From Bacteroidaceae bacterium (GTDB taxonomy: Bacteria > Bacteroidota > Bacteroidia > Bacteroidales > Bacteroidaceae): a stretch of DNA of 64,000 nt. The stretch covers positions 1 to 64,000 of the forward strand of contig JAFWPH010000068.1 in the NCBI GenBank assembly GCA_017509605.1, read 5' to 3'. Both the position numbers and the translations under genes were made by a program. Below are positions 1 to 8,979 of the stretch, in pieces (positions within the stretch are counted from its first letter, which is position 1; each line of letters begins with the position of its first letter). The notes below the pieces were generated by a model. That model made no database searches. It was not told the DNA's origin and was given only the letters and a program-made list of their open reading frames with translations.

Positions 1-541
1 GGGAGGAAGTACGTCTATTTATACACGATGCCATGTTTCCTGCATGTATAAATAGAATAGAATTGAATATTGTGCCTATTTTCCACTCACCCATATTATA
101 ATCATCACCCATCAAAACCGACAGGATGTACAATGACAGACAAATGGCAGTCTGTATATATTTTTTATTATTGCTTAGTCTCTTGATGAAATAATACACC
201 ACCATGCTTACAAACAGCACATACAAGAACCAAATGCTACGAGGCAGGCTGAAACTCCCACCTAAAACCACCGATATCAAATTGAACGCAATGAAAGTCG
301 CAGCATAAGGAACTATCAAACGGTCAATCAGCTTAACCAATAAATCAGAAGTGGCCTTGAAAAAGTAACCTGAGATAAACAAAAAAGTGGCAAGAGAAAT
401 AGAGACAAAATAGCCTGACCCTAAAACAGGAATCATGCAGTGGTATGCCACGACTTGTATAATACAAATGCCTTTGGCCACATCAAACATCTCAATCCTT
501 TGACGTTTCCCATTAGTTTGGGGTACCACTTCCATCGTCAT
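1..541 (-). CDS. Acyltransferase family 3 (O-acyltransferase) membrane protein; 5' part only, gene runs off the window start
   Basis: Reverse-strand reading frame is open from ATG (cat at 539-541) to position 1 with no stop, so it is absent from the ORF track. The N-terminus MTMEVVPQTNGKRQRIEMFDVAKGICIIQVVAYHC matches the R-x-E/D-x-x-KG-I-x-I-x-x-V-x-x-H start of acyltransferase-3/OafA-like proteins, and the rest is hydrophobic. Confidence 0.55.
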   Translation of the reverse strand, partial: MTMEVVPQTNGKRQRIEMFDVAKGICIIQVVAYHCMIPVLGSGYFVSISLATFLFISGYFFKATSDLLVKLIDRLIVPYAATFIAFNLISVVLGGSFSLPRSIWFLYVLFVSMVVYYFIKRLSNNKKYIQTAICLSLYILSVLMGDDYNMGEWKIGTIFNSILFIHAGNMASCINRRTSS

Positions 542-758
542 TCCGTCCAAAATGATGAGATTTATATCAATGTGTTATCACAATCATAATACCTCAACTT
601 CTACAACGTCATAAACCGGAAAATGGACTTGTTCCCGCAAATGTTATGCTGCTTATGTAGTATCCTGTTGGCCTCTTTTTTATTGGAGACAACATTTCCC
701 TTAGCCATTTTCTTTTTGTAGAGGTTGAAAATCATGCTGTTTGAATAACATGTAATGC

Positions 759-796
759 GCGGAACTGTAAGTGATGTTCCGCGCATTACAAATAAT
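759..796. repeat. Perfect 14-bp inverted repeat GTAATGCGCGGAAC-N10-GTTCCGCGCATTAC immediately 3' of the wzc-like gene; possible terminator or binding site, weak U-tract
   Basis: Read directly from the sequence: the arms are exact reverse complements. The repeat lies 6 nt beyond the wzc stop (802-804). Confidence 0.5.
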
Positions 797-801
797 ATGT
801 A

Positions 802-3279
802 CTAGTCTTTATCTGCGTATCCATAGCCATAGCCGTGGTGGCCGTAGCCGTAGCCATAACCATAGCCATAGCCGTAACCATAGCCGTAATGATAGCCGTA
901 GCGACTGTAACCGTAACGGCCACTTGAAGAGCTGGTACCATTGAGCAAGACAGCCATGTTATTGAACTTCTTCTCGTTGTAGTACTCCTCAACAACAGGC
1001 AACATATCGCGTTCCATGAGGTCGGCACGAATGATGAAAAGCGTCATGTCGGCATACTTGGCGATAATGCTTGTATCTGCAACAATTTCAACGGGCGGAC
1101 AGTCGAGAATAATCACGTCGTACTCTGCTTTCAGACCGTCAATCAGCACCTGCATGTTCTTGCTGTAGAGCAGCTCTGTGGGATTGGGCGGTATCTTACC
1201 CACAGGTATAACGTACAGATTGTCATGTCCCTCGACAGGACTGACAACAGCATGCCAGTCGTCAATCTTTCCGCCTAAGTAATTGGAGATACCCTCGTCA
1301 GGATTGTTGATATACTGGCTCAGGGACGAACGGCGCATATCCAAATCGACGACCACTACCTTCTGATCCTTGACAGCGAAACTTGTGCCAATATTGACGG
1401 CGAGGAAGGTCTTACCCGAGCTGGGGTTCATCGACGAAATCATGATGACCTTCTTGCCTTCCTGTCCTGACATGAACTCGATGTTGGTACGAATAACGCG
1501 GAAGGCCTCGTTGATGATGTTGCGGCTACCCTCACGCACGACTATCTTATAAACGTCAGTCTCGCTCCTCTTCTTCTTCTTCATGAAGGGCTTGAGCAAC
1601 TTCTGATACCACTTGGTCTTACTGCGACCGTACATGGGCACCTCACCCACAAAGGGTACGGTGAGCGACTCGATATCCTTGCGACCACGTACCTTGGTGT
1701 TCATGTTCTCCTGAATGAACAACAGGATGATAGGTAGGAGCAGTCCAGCTGCAAGGGCGATAAGATAAATGTTTCGGGTACGGGGAGCAATAGGAGCATT
1801 GGAACCGGTTGGCGGCATCACCAAACGGGTGTTGTAGGCAGTAAAGGCCTGCGACAGCTCGTTCTCCTCACGTTTCTGCAACAGGAACATATACAGGGCT
1901 TCCTTGACCTTCTGCTGACGCTCGACCGAAAGCAGGTACTTGGCTTGTTTGGGGTTGGACGACATCTGGGCAGCGGCCCTTCCACCGATGCTCTGCTGAC
2001 CACGGATCTGCTCATTCAAGCTGGCGATTTGGTTGTCGATAGACGATTCGATGTTATGACGCATGGAGGCCAAAGAAGCATCGTAGTCCTGGACTAAGGG
2101 GTTCTCCTCGCTACTGTTGGCAACAAGGCTGTTGCGCTGCAAAAGCTTATTATTGTACTCTTCAATTTGGGCTGAAAGTTGAGGATTCTCAATACCAGAG
2201 TTGGCGGGGAGAAGTTTGTTGTTGGCGGCAGCATTCTGGAGGTTGCTGCGAATATATTTCGCCATATAAACCTGATTGTTGAGATTAGTGATATTGGCAT
2301 TTGCGGCGCTCGACTCCTGAAGGGCGAGACTGGCTGCGGCGCCCAGGTCGGGCACCTGCTGCTCGCTCTTGTAGGATGAGATGTCGGTGTCAACATTGCC
2401 AAGTTCACGCTCGATTACGTTGAGACGGTCTTTGATAAATTCGGAGGTGCTGACGGCAATCTGGTTCTTGTCCTTCACCCAGTTTTCATTATAGACCGAG
2501 ATGAGGGTGTTGAGCACTTCCTCAGCACGCTGTGTCGATTGGTCGGAATAGGTGAGGTTGATGATGGTGGTTTCTTCATCAGTCAGTCCTACACTGAGTT
2601 TGCCCAAGCAAGAACCAGTTGAACCGTAAATGCTGGAGCGAACCACTTGATATTTGCCATCAATGCCTTCTTTGTAATAGGCGGAACGTGTGACTGTTAC
2701 GTTGCCCACAGGTGTCTTGACTTTCTTGTCGAACTGAGTCTTCAAAGCCGGGGAGTCTTCCTGAGACGCTCCACCACCGACAAAGTCGGACATCACCACA
2801 TTGCCTTGCTTGTCGAACTCCACATAAAAAGAGCATGAGGCGTTGTCGGCAAGTCCATCTATCGTAACAGTAATAGGAAGACCATTACCGTATGCGACGT
2901 TTTTGTGCCAACGCCCGTCACTGAAGTAGTTCATGTCAAGGTGGAGTCGCTTGACCACCTCGAGCATCAACGCCGGCGACTTGATGGAGTAAATCTCGTT
3001 ATAGACATTGGTGTTGGTGGCGAAGATACCCATGTTGTTGAAGGCGTTGGAGTTGGTGGTGATGGTATTGCTCTTCTTGGTATCGTCCTTGATGAGCAGC
3101 GACGCCGACCTCTGATACACAGGTGTTGCCTTCAGAATGTGGTAAGTGGCAATGCCGAAGGCAATAGCCAGTGACAAAACAAACCAATACCATTTCGCAA
3201 TGCACAGGCCAATAAGGTCCTGTATGCGAAGAAAGTCGTCCTGCTGGTTCGACTTTGTGGTCTTTTTACTTGTTGCCAT
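802..3279 (-). CDS. Polysaccharide co-polymerase / bacterial tyrosine (BY) kinase, Wzc/PtkA-like, with C-terminal (Gly-Tyr)n tail
   Basis: 825 aa. Wzz-like N-terminal region with TM helix (WYWFVLSLAIAFGIATYHIL), a second TM helix before the kinase domain, Walker A SSMNPSSGKTFLAVNIG, and a DxD motif VVVDLDMRR. The C-terminal tyrosine cluster is RYGYSRYGYHYGYGYGYGYGYGYGYGHHGYGYGYADKD. Confidence 0.85.
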   Translation of the reverse strand: MATSKKTTKSNQQDDFLRIQDLIGLCIAKWYWFVLSLAIAFGIATYHILKATPVYQRSASLLIKDDTKKSNTITTNSNAFNNMGIFATNTNVYNEIYSIKSPALMLEVVKRLHLDMNYFSDGRWHKNVAYGNGLPITVTIDGLADNASCSFYVEFDKQGNVVMSDFVGGGASQEDSPALKTQFDKKVKTPVGNVTVTRSAYYKEGIDGKYQVVRSSIYGSTGSCLGKLSVGLTDEETTIINLTYSDQSTQRAEEVLNTLISVYNENWVKDKNQIAVSTSEFIKDRLNVIERELGNVDTDISSYKSEQQVPDLGAAASLALQESSAANANITNLNNQVYMAKYIRSNLQNAAANNKLLPANSGIENPQLSAQIEEYNNKLLQRNSLVANSSEENPLVQDYDASLASMRHNIESSIDNQIASLNEQIRGQQSIGGRAAAQMSSNPKQAKYLLSVERQQKVKEALYMFLLQKREENELSQAFTAYNTRLVMPPTGSNAPIAPRTRNIYLIALAAGLLLPIILLFIQENMNTKVRGRKDIESLTVPFVGEVPMYGRSKTKWYQKLLKPFMKKKKRSETDVYKIVVREGSRNIINEAFRVIRTNIEFMSGQEGKKVIMISSMNPSSGKTFLAVNIGTSFAVKDQKVVVVDLDMRRSSLSQYINNPDEGISNYLGGKIDDWHAVVSPVEGHDNLYVIPVGKIPPNPTELLYSKNMQVLIDGLKAEYDVIILDCPPVEIVADTSIIAKYADMTLFIIRADLMERDMLPVVEEYYNEKKFNNMAVLLNGTSSSSGRYGYSRYGYHYGYGYGYGYGYGYGYGHHGYGYGYADKD
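817..920 (-). repeat. Imperfect hexanucleotide tandem repeat (GCCATA/GCCGTA)n encoding the Gly-Tyr tail of the BY kinase
   Basis: Direct reading of 817-920 shows about 15 tandem units of ccatag/ccgtag; unit length 6 keeps the reading frame. Confidence 0.7.
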
Positions 3280-3646
3280 GAATTATTATTGTATTAATGT
3301 TTATATTTCGTTCTAAAAACTCCCTATCTATATTGAGAGGAGTTGACAATGCATAATCTTAGTTCTTACCAAACTGTCTAACAATATGGTATTCAGGTGG
3401 TTAAAAATATTTTTAATCCCCAATCAAGCGTAAAGAAAAATAGCATAACCGCTTGTAATATGTCTGATCAGACTATAACAGCCTTGTCTTCAGGGAAGAA
3501 TGATTGTCGCTGAAGAGCAATTTGGCTGCAAAGTTAGTGCTTTTTTATGAGAATAGACCAAAATCTATCGTTAATTATTCCTCATCCACAGAATAAACGA
3601 GAATAGTATCACTTAAATAATCGAAGGAAAAGACGTTAGGTAGGCG

Positions 3647-5101
3647 TTAGTGAGCCTCGGATTGGTTTGGAGTTGAGATGAAGGATAGACCGATGAAGGT
3701 GAGGGCACCATTGAGCATGAGGAGTTCGTAGCCGAACCGATAGCCTGTGGTACGGGTGGTGATGAAGTCGATGGCATAGCAGATCAAAGGCGAGGCCACT
3801 GCAATGAAGGGCACGTAGCGGTCGCTAAGATGACGACGGGTGAACATACCGAAAGCAAAGAGACCAAGCAATGGACCGTAGGTATAACCTGCGATGGTGT
3901 AGATGGCATCGATCACACTGGTGTCGTTGAGTGCCTTGAAACCCAGGATGAAAGCCACGAACACCACCATGACCACCAGATGCGTCTTTTTCCTTGTCCG
4001 TTCGGCGTCTTTGAAGAACCTGCTTTTTGGGTTTTCCACCTCAAGAATGTCGATACAGAAGCTGGTGGTCAGGGCAGTCAAGGCCGAGTCGGCACTGGAG
4101 AAAGCCGATGCGATGATGCCCACAACGAACAGCACCAGCACCATGCTGCCCATTTGTCCGCCCGCGATGATGTTTGGCAACAGGTTGTCGCTTGCCTCGG
4201 GTAGCGCCATGCCGTATTTGCTGTAGAGCATAGTCATCAGCACCCCAAGGGAGAGGAAGAGGAAGTTGGCAGGGATAAAGAGGATGCCATAACTGCACAT
4301 GTCTTTCTGAGCGTCGCGCAGGTTCTTGCAAGTGAGGTTTTTCTGCATCATGTCCTGGTCGAGTCCCGTCATGACAATCACGATGAACACCCCGCTAAAG
4401 AACTGTTTGAGGAAATGCTGGCGAGAGGTGAGGTCGGAGAACTCGAAGACGCGACCATGCGCATCGTTCCACACTGCCGAGATGGCATCTCCAAAACCCA
4501 AGCCCAAGAGGCTGCAGGTCTTGACAAGTATCAGCACCAATGCGGCAAAAAGGACAAATGTCTGGAGACTGTCGGTCCAGACAAGTGTGCGGATGCCGCT
4601 GCGACGGGTATAGAGCCATATCAGCAGAAGGACGGCGACCACTGTGACGCTGAATGGCACGCCGAAGTCGTCCGACACATATTGCTGCAGGATGAGACAG
4701 ACCAAATACAGACGCGCTGCCGCACCCGTGAATTTCGACAGCAGGAAGAACGACGCCCCCGTCTTATAACTCCGTTTTCCGAGCCGGTCGCCCAAATAAG
4801 AATAAATGGAAGTGAGTCCGTGTCGGTAATAAAGCGGAAGCAGCACGAACGCCACCAGCATGTATCCAAAGAAGAAGCCCATACACATCTGCATATAGGT
4901 CATGTCGATGGTCAGCACCATGCCAGGCACACTGACGAAAGTCACTCCCGACAACGATGCGCCTATCATGCCGAAAGCCACCACGTACCATGGCGACTGG
5001 CGGTTGCCACGAAAGAAAGCATCGTTGCCCGAACGTCCTGTCAGCCAGGAAATCAAGAGCAAGATGCCGAAATAAACCGCTATGGTCAGCAGGATGGTCA
5101 T
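3647..5101 (-). CDS. Sodium:solute symporter family (SSF) transporter
   Basis: 484 aa, about 13 hydrophobic segments, with an N-terminus typical of SSF/PutP-like permeases. Confidence 0.7.
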   Translation of the reverse strand: MTILLTIAVYFGILLLISWLTGRSGNDAFFRGNRQSPWYVVAFGMIGASLSGVTFVSVPGMVLTIDMTYMQMCMGFFFGYMLVAFVLLPLYYRHGLTSIYSYLGDRLGKRSYKTGASFFLLSKFTGAAARLYLVCLILQQYVSDDFGVPFSVTVVAVLLLIWLYTRRSGIRTLVWTDSLQTFVLFAALVLILVKTCSLLGLGFGDAISAVWNDAHGRVFEFSDLTSRQHFLKQFFSGVFIVIVMTGLDQDMMQKNLTCKNLRDAQKDMCSYGILFIPANFLFLSLGVLMTMLYSKYGMALPEASDNLLPNIIAGGQMGSMVLVLFVVGIIASAFSSADSALTALTTSFCIDILEVENPKSRFFKDAERTRKKTHLVVMVVFVAFILGFKALNDTSVIDAIYTIAGYTYGPLLGLFAFGMFTRRHLSDRYVPFIAVASPLICYAIDFITTRTTGYRFGYELLMLNGALTFIGLSFISTPNQSEAH

Positions 5102-5160
5102 TGGGGATACTTTTAGGGGTTATAGAGACTATAGAAGCTACAGAAACTATAAAGCTATAG

Positions 5161-5200
5161 AAAAAACTTTGCAGTCCAAAGGGCTGACCCTTTGGACTGC
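5161..5200 (-). terminator. Rho-independent terminator downstream of the flotillin gene
   Basis: 13-bp perfect inverted repeat GCAGTCCAAAGGG-ctgac-CCTTTGGACTGC (5171-5200), followed on the minus strand by TTTTTT (rc of 5161-5170). Confidence 0.6.
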
Positions 5201-5228
5201 GCTTTCTATTTAGAAAGGTTTGCTGAGA

Positions 5229-6596
5229 TTACACTTCCTCGGCTGGTTCGGCTTCCTCGCCCTCTTTCTTCTTGCCGAGGTACTCAGGCAGACTCATGCC
5301 TGCCTGCTCGAAGAGCTCGCCGAGAGGAGGGATGGACTTCATCAGTCCGCTCAAGAAATTGGCTGTAGAGCCCTTGCCGTCGGTGCCGCTGCCATTGTCC
5401 CAAACGGTCACCTTGTCGATGTTGATACCCTTGATGGCATCCACCTGAGTGCGAACCAAGTCGGGCAGTTTCTCAAGCAGGAGGAGTGTGTAAGCCTTGG
5501 TAGCGTCGCCTCCGGCAGCCTGTATCATCTTGTCGTAACCGGCAGCCTGCTTGGTCAGGATCTCGTAGAGACCCTTACCTTCAGCCTCCATCTTAGCGAA
5601 GATGGCGTCGGCCTCACCTTTGGCATTGACACGTTTCTGTTCTGCCATAGCCTCAGCCTCGATGATCTTACGCTGTTTCTCAATCTCCTGCGGCACGATG
5701 ATGTTGGCCTGCTGAGTGGAACGCTCCCTCTCGGCACGTTTCTGCTCGGCCTCAGACTCAGCCACGTAAGCCTCTTGGAGGGCGTTGGCCTGCTGCACTT
5801 TCTCAGCAGCCACTGCACGTCGCTGTGCCTCAGCCTCTTTCTCCCTTCGGGTAGCATCGGAGTTGGCAATTGCCACCTTGGCCTCGTTCTCACCCTTCAC
5901 AGCCTCAGCGTTAGCTTCAGCGGTACGGATACGTGTTTCCTTCATGGCCTCGGCCTTACCGATTTCTCCGTTCTTGTCCTCCTTAGCCACACTGACCTTG
6001 GCCTCGTTGATGGCCTTGGCTGCAGCCTCCTTACCGAGCGCCTCGATATATCCAGACTCGTCGTTGATGTCGGTCACGTTCACGTTGATGAGTCGGAGAC
6101 CGATTTTCTTCATTTCCACTTCCACGTTGGTGGAGATGTTCTCGAGGAACTTGTCGCGGTCGGAGTTCAATTCCTCAATGCTCATGGTAGCGATCACCAG
6201 ACGGAGCTGTCCGAAGAGGATATCACGCGCCAGTTCCTGAATCTGGGTCTGTGTCTGTCCGAGCAGACGCTCGGCAGCGTTGTTCATGGAATCGGGTTCG
6301 GTAGAGATACCGACTGTGAATCGGCACGGCACATCGACACGGATGTTCTGACGGCTCAGTGCGTTGGTCAGGTTGGCATCGATAGAGATAGGAGTAAGGC
6401 TCAGATAGGCGTAGTCCTGAATGATCGGCCAAACGAAGGCACCACCTCCGTGCACGCATCGTGCACTGCCTTTGCCTGTTTTACCGTAAATGACCAGAAT
6501 CTTGTCGGATGGACAACGTCTGTAGCGTTTGATGATGGCCGCGAAAAGGAAAATCACCACGATAGCGGCTATCACTACTAAATAAATGCTATTCAT
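5229..6596 (-). CDS. Flotillin / SPFH (band-7) domain protein, YqiK/FloA-like, with long Ala/Glu-rich coiled coil
   Basis: 455 aa. N-terminal TM helix, an SPFH core (GGGAFVWPIIQDYAYLSL...), then an EA/KA-rich coiled coil. Confidence 0.85.
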   Translation of the reverse strand: MNSIYLVVIAAIVVIFLFAAIIKRYRRCPSDKILVIYGKTGKGSARCVHGGGAFVWPIIQDYAYLSLTPISIDANLTNALSRQNIRVDVPCRFTVGISTEPDSMNNAAERLLGQTQTQIQELARDILFGQLRLVIATMSIEELNSDRDKFLENISTNVEVEMKKIGLRLINVNVTDINDESGYIEALGKEAAAKAINEAKVSVAKEDKNGEIGKAEAMKETRIRTAEANAEAVKGENEAKVAIANSDATRREKEAEAQRRAVAAEKVQQANALQEAYVAESEAEQKRAERERSTQQANIIVPQEIEKQRKIIEAEAMAEQKRVNAKGEADAIFAKMEAEGKGLYEILTKQAAGYDKMIQAAGGDATKAYTLLLLEKLPDLVRTQVDAIKGINIDKVTVWDNGSGTDGKGSTANFLSGLMKSIPPLGELFEQAGMSLPEYLGKKKEGEEAEPAEEV

Positions 6597-6639
6597 AAGA
6601 TTATAAGTTTATGGTTGTTTTGAAATCCTTATTGCAATT

Positions 6640-6684
6640 AAAGGGGAGTTAAAGAAGAAGTTAAAGAGGGAGTTAAAAAGGACG
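6640..6684. repeat. 45-bp element made of three tandem ~13-bp units (GGGAGTTAAAnAG) ending in GGACG; copy A
   Basis: Sequence AAAGGGGAGTTAAAGAAGAAGTTAAAGAGGGAGTTAAAAAGGACG. A near-identical copy in opposite orientation lies at 40631-40675. Confidence 0.6.
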
Positions 6685-6714
6685 TCAGGGTGGTGTCATC
6701 CGCACAGCCAGGTG

Positions 6715-7281
6715 TCAGGCTTGTTCCACCAGAACGGTATGGTCGTCAATGACGCTCAACACCTTGGCGCGGCTGCCTGTAGGCAACTCATGCCCGTCGG
6801 TCAACGCCTCCAGTTCGTGAATGGTGCCATTGACACTCAGTTGCACCTTGCCGCAAGCCTTACGGGCTGAGGGGATTCTCAGATATACACTGCCGATCAG
6901 ACCTACAGACTGTTCCATTTTGAAAGAGTTATCGACCGACAGTTTCATCACCTGGCGCATGATAAAGAGGATGAGGAAGAGGAAAGCCACACCTACGACC
7001 ACGGCCACAGCTCCAAGCACTATGGGGTTCTCAATGTTCTGATTCAGCAGTACCCCAGTCCATCCGAAACCGAGCAGGAAGCTGATAAGGCCTTTTATGG
7101 TGAAGATATGAAAACCATCGGCGTCGAAATCCGTGTCGGTACTGGCGTCGGCATCGAATCCGACAAAAGTCATGATCATCTGAATCACAAACACCACACT
7201 TGCGAAAAGGGCTATGCCCCAATAAACTTTCATCATCGGCTCAGTTTCCGGGCCAAAGATGGTTGTAAAGAAATCAATCAT
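6715..7281 (-). CDS. NfeD-like membrane protein (YqiJ/YuaF-like), partner of flotillin
   Basis: 188 aa with two or three TM helices and a C-terminal OB-fold-like soluble region. It sits immediately upstream of the flotillin gene, which is the usual NfeD-flotillin operon arrangement. Confidence 0.65.
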   Translation of the reverse strand: MIDFFTTIFGPETEPMMKVYWGIALFASVVFVIQMIMTFVGFDADASTDTDFDADGFHIFTIKGLISFLLGFGWTGVLLNQNIENPIVLGAVAVVVGVAFLFLILFIMRQVMKLSVDNSFKMEQSVGLIGSVYLRIPSARKACGKVQLSVNGTIHELEALTDGHELPTGSRAKVLSVIDDHTVLVEQA

Positions 7282-7481
7282 AATCTTGTATTTTTATATA
7301 TTCTTTATTGTATAGCCGCCGGGGGGTCACACCCCGTCAGTATTCTGTCGTATTTTCTATTAAAGACGACATATTTGCCCTTTTCCTAACACTAAAATGA
7401 CTCAAATTCTTGTTTTGTGGTGTAAAATTAGTAAATAAAAAGATGAAATGATATAACTTTGTATGAAATAATGACAAATTC

Positions 7482-8105
7482 ATGCTGAAAATCTCGAAAG
7501 TATCCCTATCCTACGGGTCAAAACAAGTCTTGCGCGACGTTTCCTTCCACCTCGAACGAGGAGAGTTGGGATGCGTGATGGGCGAATCGGGATGTGGCAA
7601 GACAACCCTTCTGCGCACGGTGATGGGGTTCGAGGAGTTCAGCAGCGGCTGTATTGAGGTCGATGGCTTCGTCGTCTCCCCCCCCACCATTGACAGCCTC
7701 CGTCAACGCATCGCCTATCTGCCCCAGGAACTGTCACTACCCTCTCCTACAGTCTGGGACATGGTGAGACTTCCATTTTCCTTCAAGGCCAACAAAGGTG
7801 TGGAACTGACAGAGGACCTCCTGCTGCGGGAATGGTCGCTGTTAGGGTTAGAGCCCCGACTGCTCAGCCACTCTCCCAATGCCATATCCGTAGGGCAGCG
7901 TCAGCGTATCATGCTGAGTGTGTGTGGTCTGTTGGGCAAGCCTCTCATCATCACGGACGAACCCACTTCCGCACTCGACAACGACACCACACTGATAGTG
8001 GCCAACTACATGAAGATGCTTGCCAGAGAGCGAAATGCGGCAGTGCTTGCCGTGACCCATTCCCACATTCTGGCAGACCAATGCGACAAGACACTGCATC
8101 TGTAA
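7482..8105 (+). CDS. ABC transporter ATP-binding protein (FetA/YbbL-like)
   Basis: Walker A GESGCGKTT, Q-loop, a signature LSVGQRQR-type motif and Walker B IITDEPTSALD. Small size (207 aa) fits YbbL/FetA. Confidence 0.8.
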   Translation: MLKISKVSLSYGSKQVLRDVSFHLERGELGCVMGESGCGKTTLLRTVMGFEEFSSGCIEVDGFVVSPPTIDSLRQRIAYLPQELSLPSPTVWDMVRLPFSFKANKGVELTEDLLLREWSLLGLEPRLLSHSPNAISVGQRQRIMLSVCGLLGKPLIITDEPTSALDNDTTLIVANYMKMLARERNAAVLAVTHSHILADQCDKTLHL

Positions 8106-8160
8106 GGACAAATCCATAATCGACGAACGATGGCGCACGCCATCCCATCAACACAAGCAC

Positions 8161-8979
8161 TTGGAACAGACATTAGACATATCCATCATTGGGTTGCTCA
8201 TCGGACTGACGCTGATGGCCATTCCCATCTATTTCTTCCGCAAGTACAAGACCGGTCTTGTACAGTCCACTCTTGTCGCTACCGTCAGGATGATTGTACA
8301 GCTGGTATTGATAGGGCTCTATCTGAAGTACCTATTCCAGTACAACTTGTGGTACGTGAACCTGCTATGGGGTATCATCATGTGCGCGGTGGCGACCTTC
8401 ACCTGCGTCCAGCGCACCCACATCCGCCGCAGCATCCTTTTGGTGCCTGTGACCATAGGTTTTCTCACCACCGCCCTGCTCATCAGCATCTACTTTCTTG
8501 CCCTTGTCCTCCGTCTTCACGAGTCGATGAACATCAACCTCAGTCTTGACTTGTTGTTCTCAGCCCGTTACTTCATCCCTATCTTCGGCTTGTTGCTCGG
8601 CAACATGCTGGGCGTAAACGTCCTGGCGCTGACCACCTATTACGAGGGCATACAAAGAGAACGTCAGATGTATGACTATATGCTGGGCAACGGCGCCACA
8701 CGCTGGGAGGCGACAGCGCCATTTCTCAGCGCCGCCATCCGCAAGGCCTTCATTCCTTGTATCGCCAACATGATGGTGATGGGCATCGTGGCTTTGCCCG
8801 GCACCATGATCGGTCAGATTCTTGGCGGCAGCGACCCCAATATCGCCATCAAATACCAGATGATGATTGTGGTCATCACTTTCGTCGCCTCCATCATCTC
8901 GCTCATGGCCACTGTGGCTTTGGCCAACCGCCGCAGTTTCGACAAGTACGGCCGACTTATTGAGGTGTTCGGTAAATGA
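8161..8979 (+). CDS. ABC transporter permease, UPF0014 (FetB/YbbM-like)
   Basis: 272 aa polytopic membrane protein immediately downstream of the ABC ATPase. The ORF as tracked starts at TTG, and the true start codon is uncertain. Confidence 0.6.
   Translation: MEQTLDISIIGLLIGLTLMAIPIYFFRKYKTGLVQSTLVATVRMIVQLVLIGLYLKYLFQYNLWYVNLLWGIIMCAVATFTCVQRTHIRRSILLVPVTIGFLTTALLISIYFLALVLRLHESMNINLSLDLLFSARYFIPIFGLLLGNMLGVNVLALTTYYEGIQRERQMYDYMLGNGATRWEATAPFLSAAIRKAFIPCIANMMVMGIVALPGTMIGQILGGSDPNIAIKYQMMIVVITFVASIISLMATVALANRRSFDKYGRLIEVFGK

Noticed and set aside
601-1028. Small ORFs (61 aa and 80 aa) around the wzc stop and Gly-Tyr repeat
   Set aside because: The 80-aa ORF is just the hexamer repeat read in another frame (an Ala/Thr/Met/Val run). 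The 61-aa ORF lies across the 14-bp inverted repeat hairpin, and neither has coding signals.
5220-6581. 453-aa ORF on the plus strand covering the whole flotillin gene
   Set aside because: It is antisense to a clearly recognisable SPFH/flotillin CDS. The Ala/Glu-rich GC-biased codons of the coiled coil remove stops on the opposite strand. The translation is low-complexity (L/G/S/H-rich) with no motifs.
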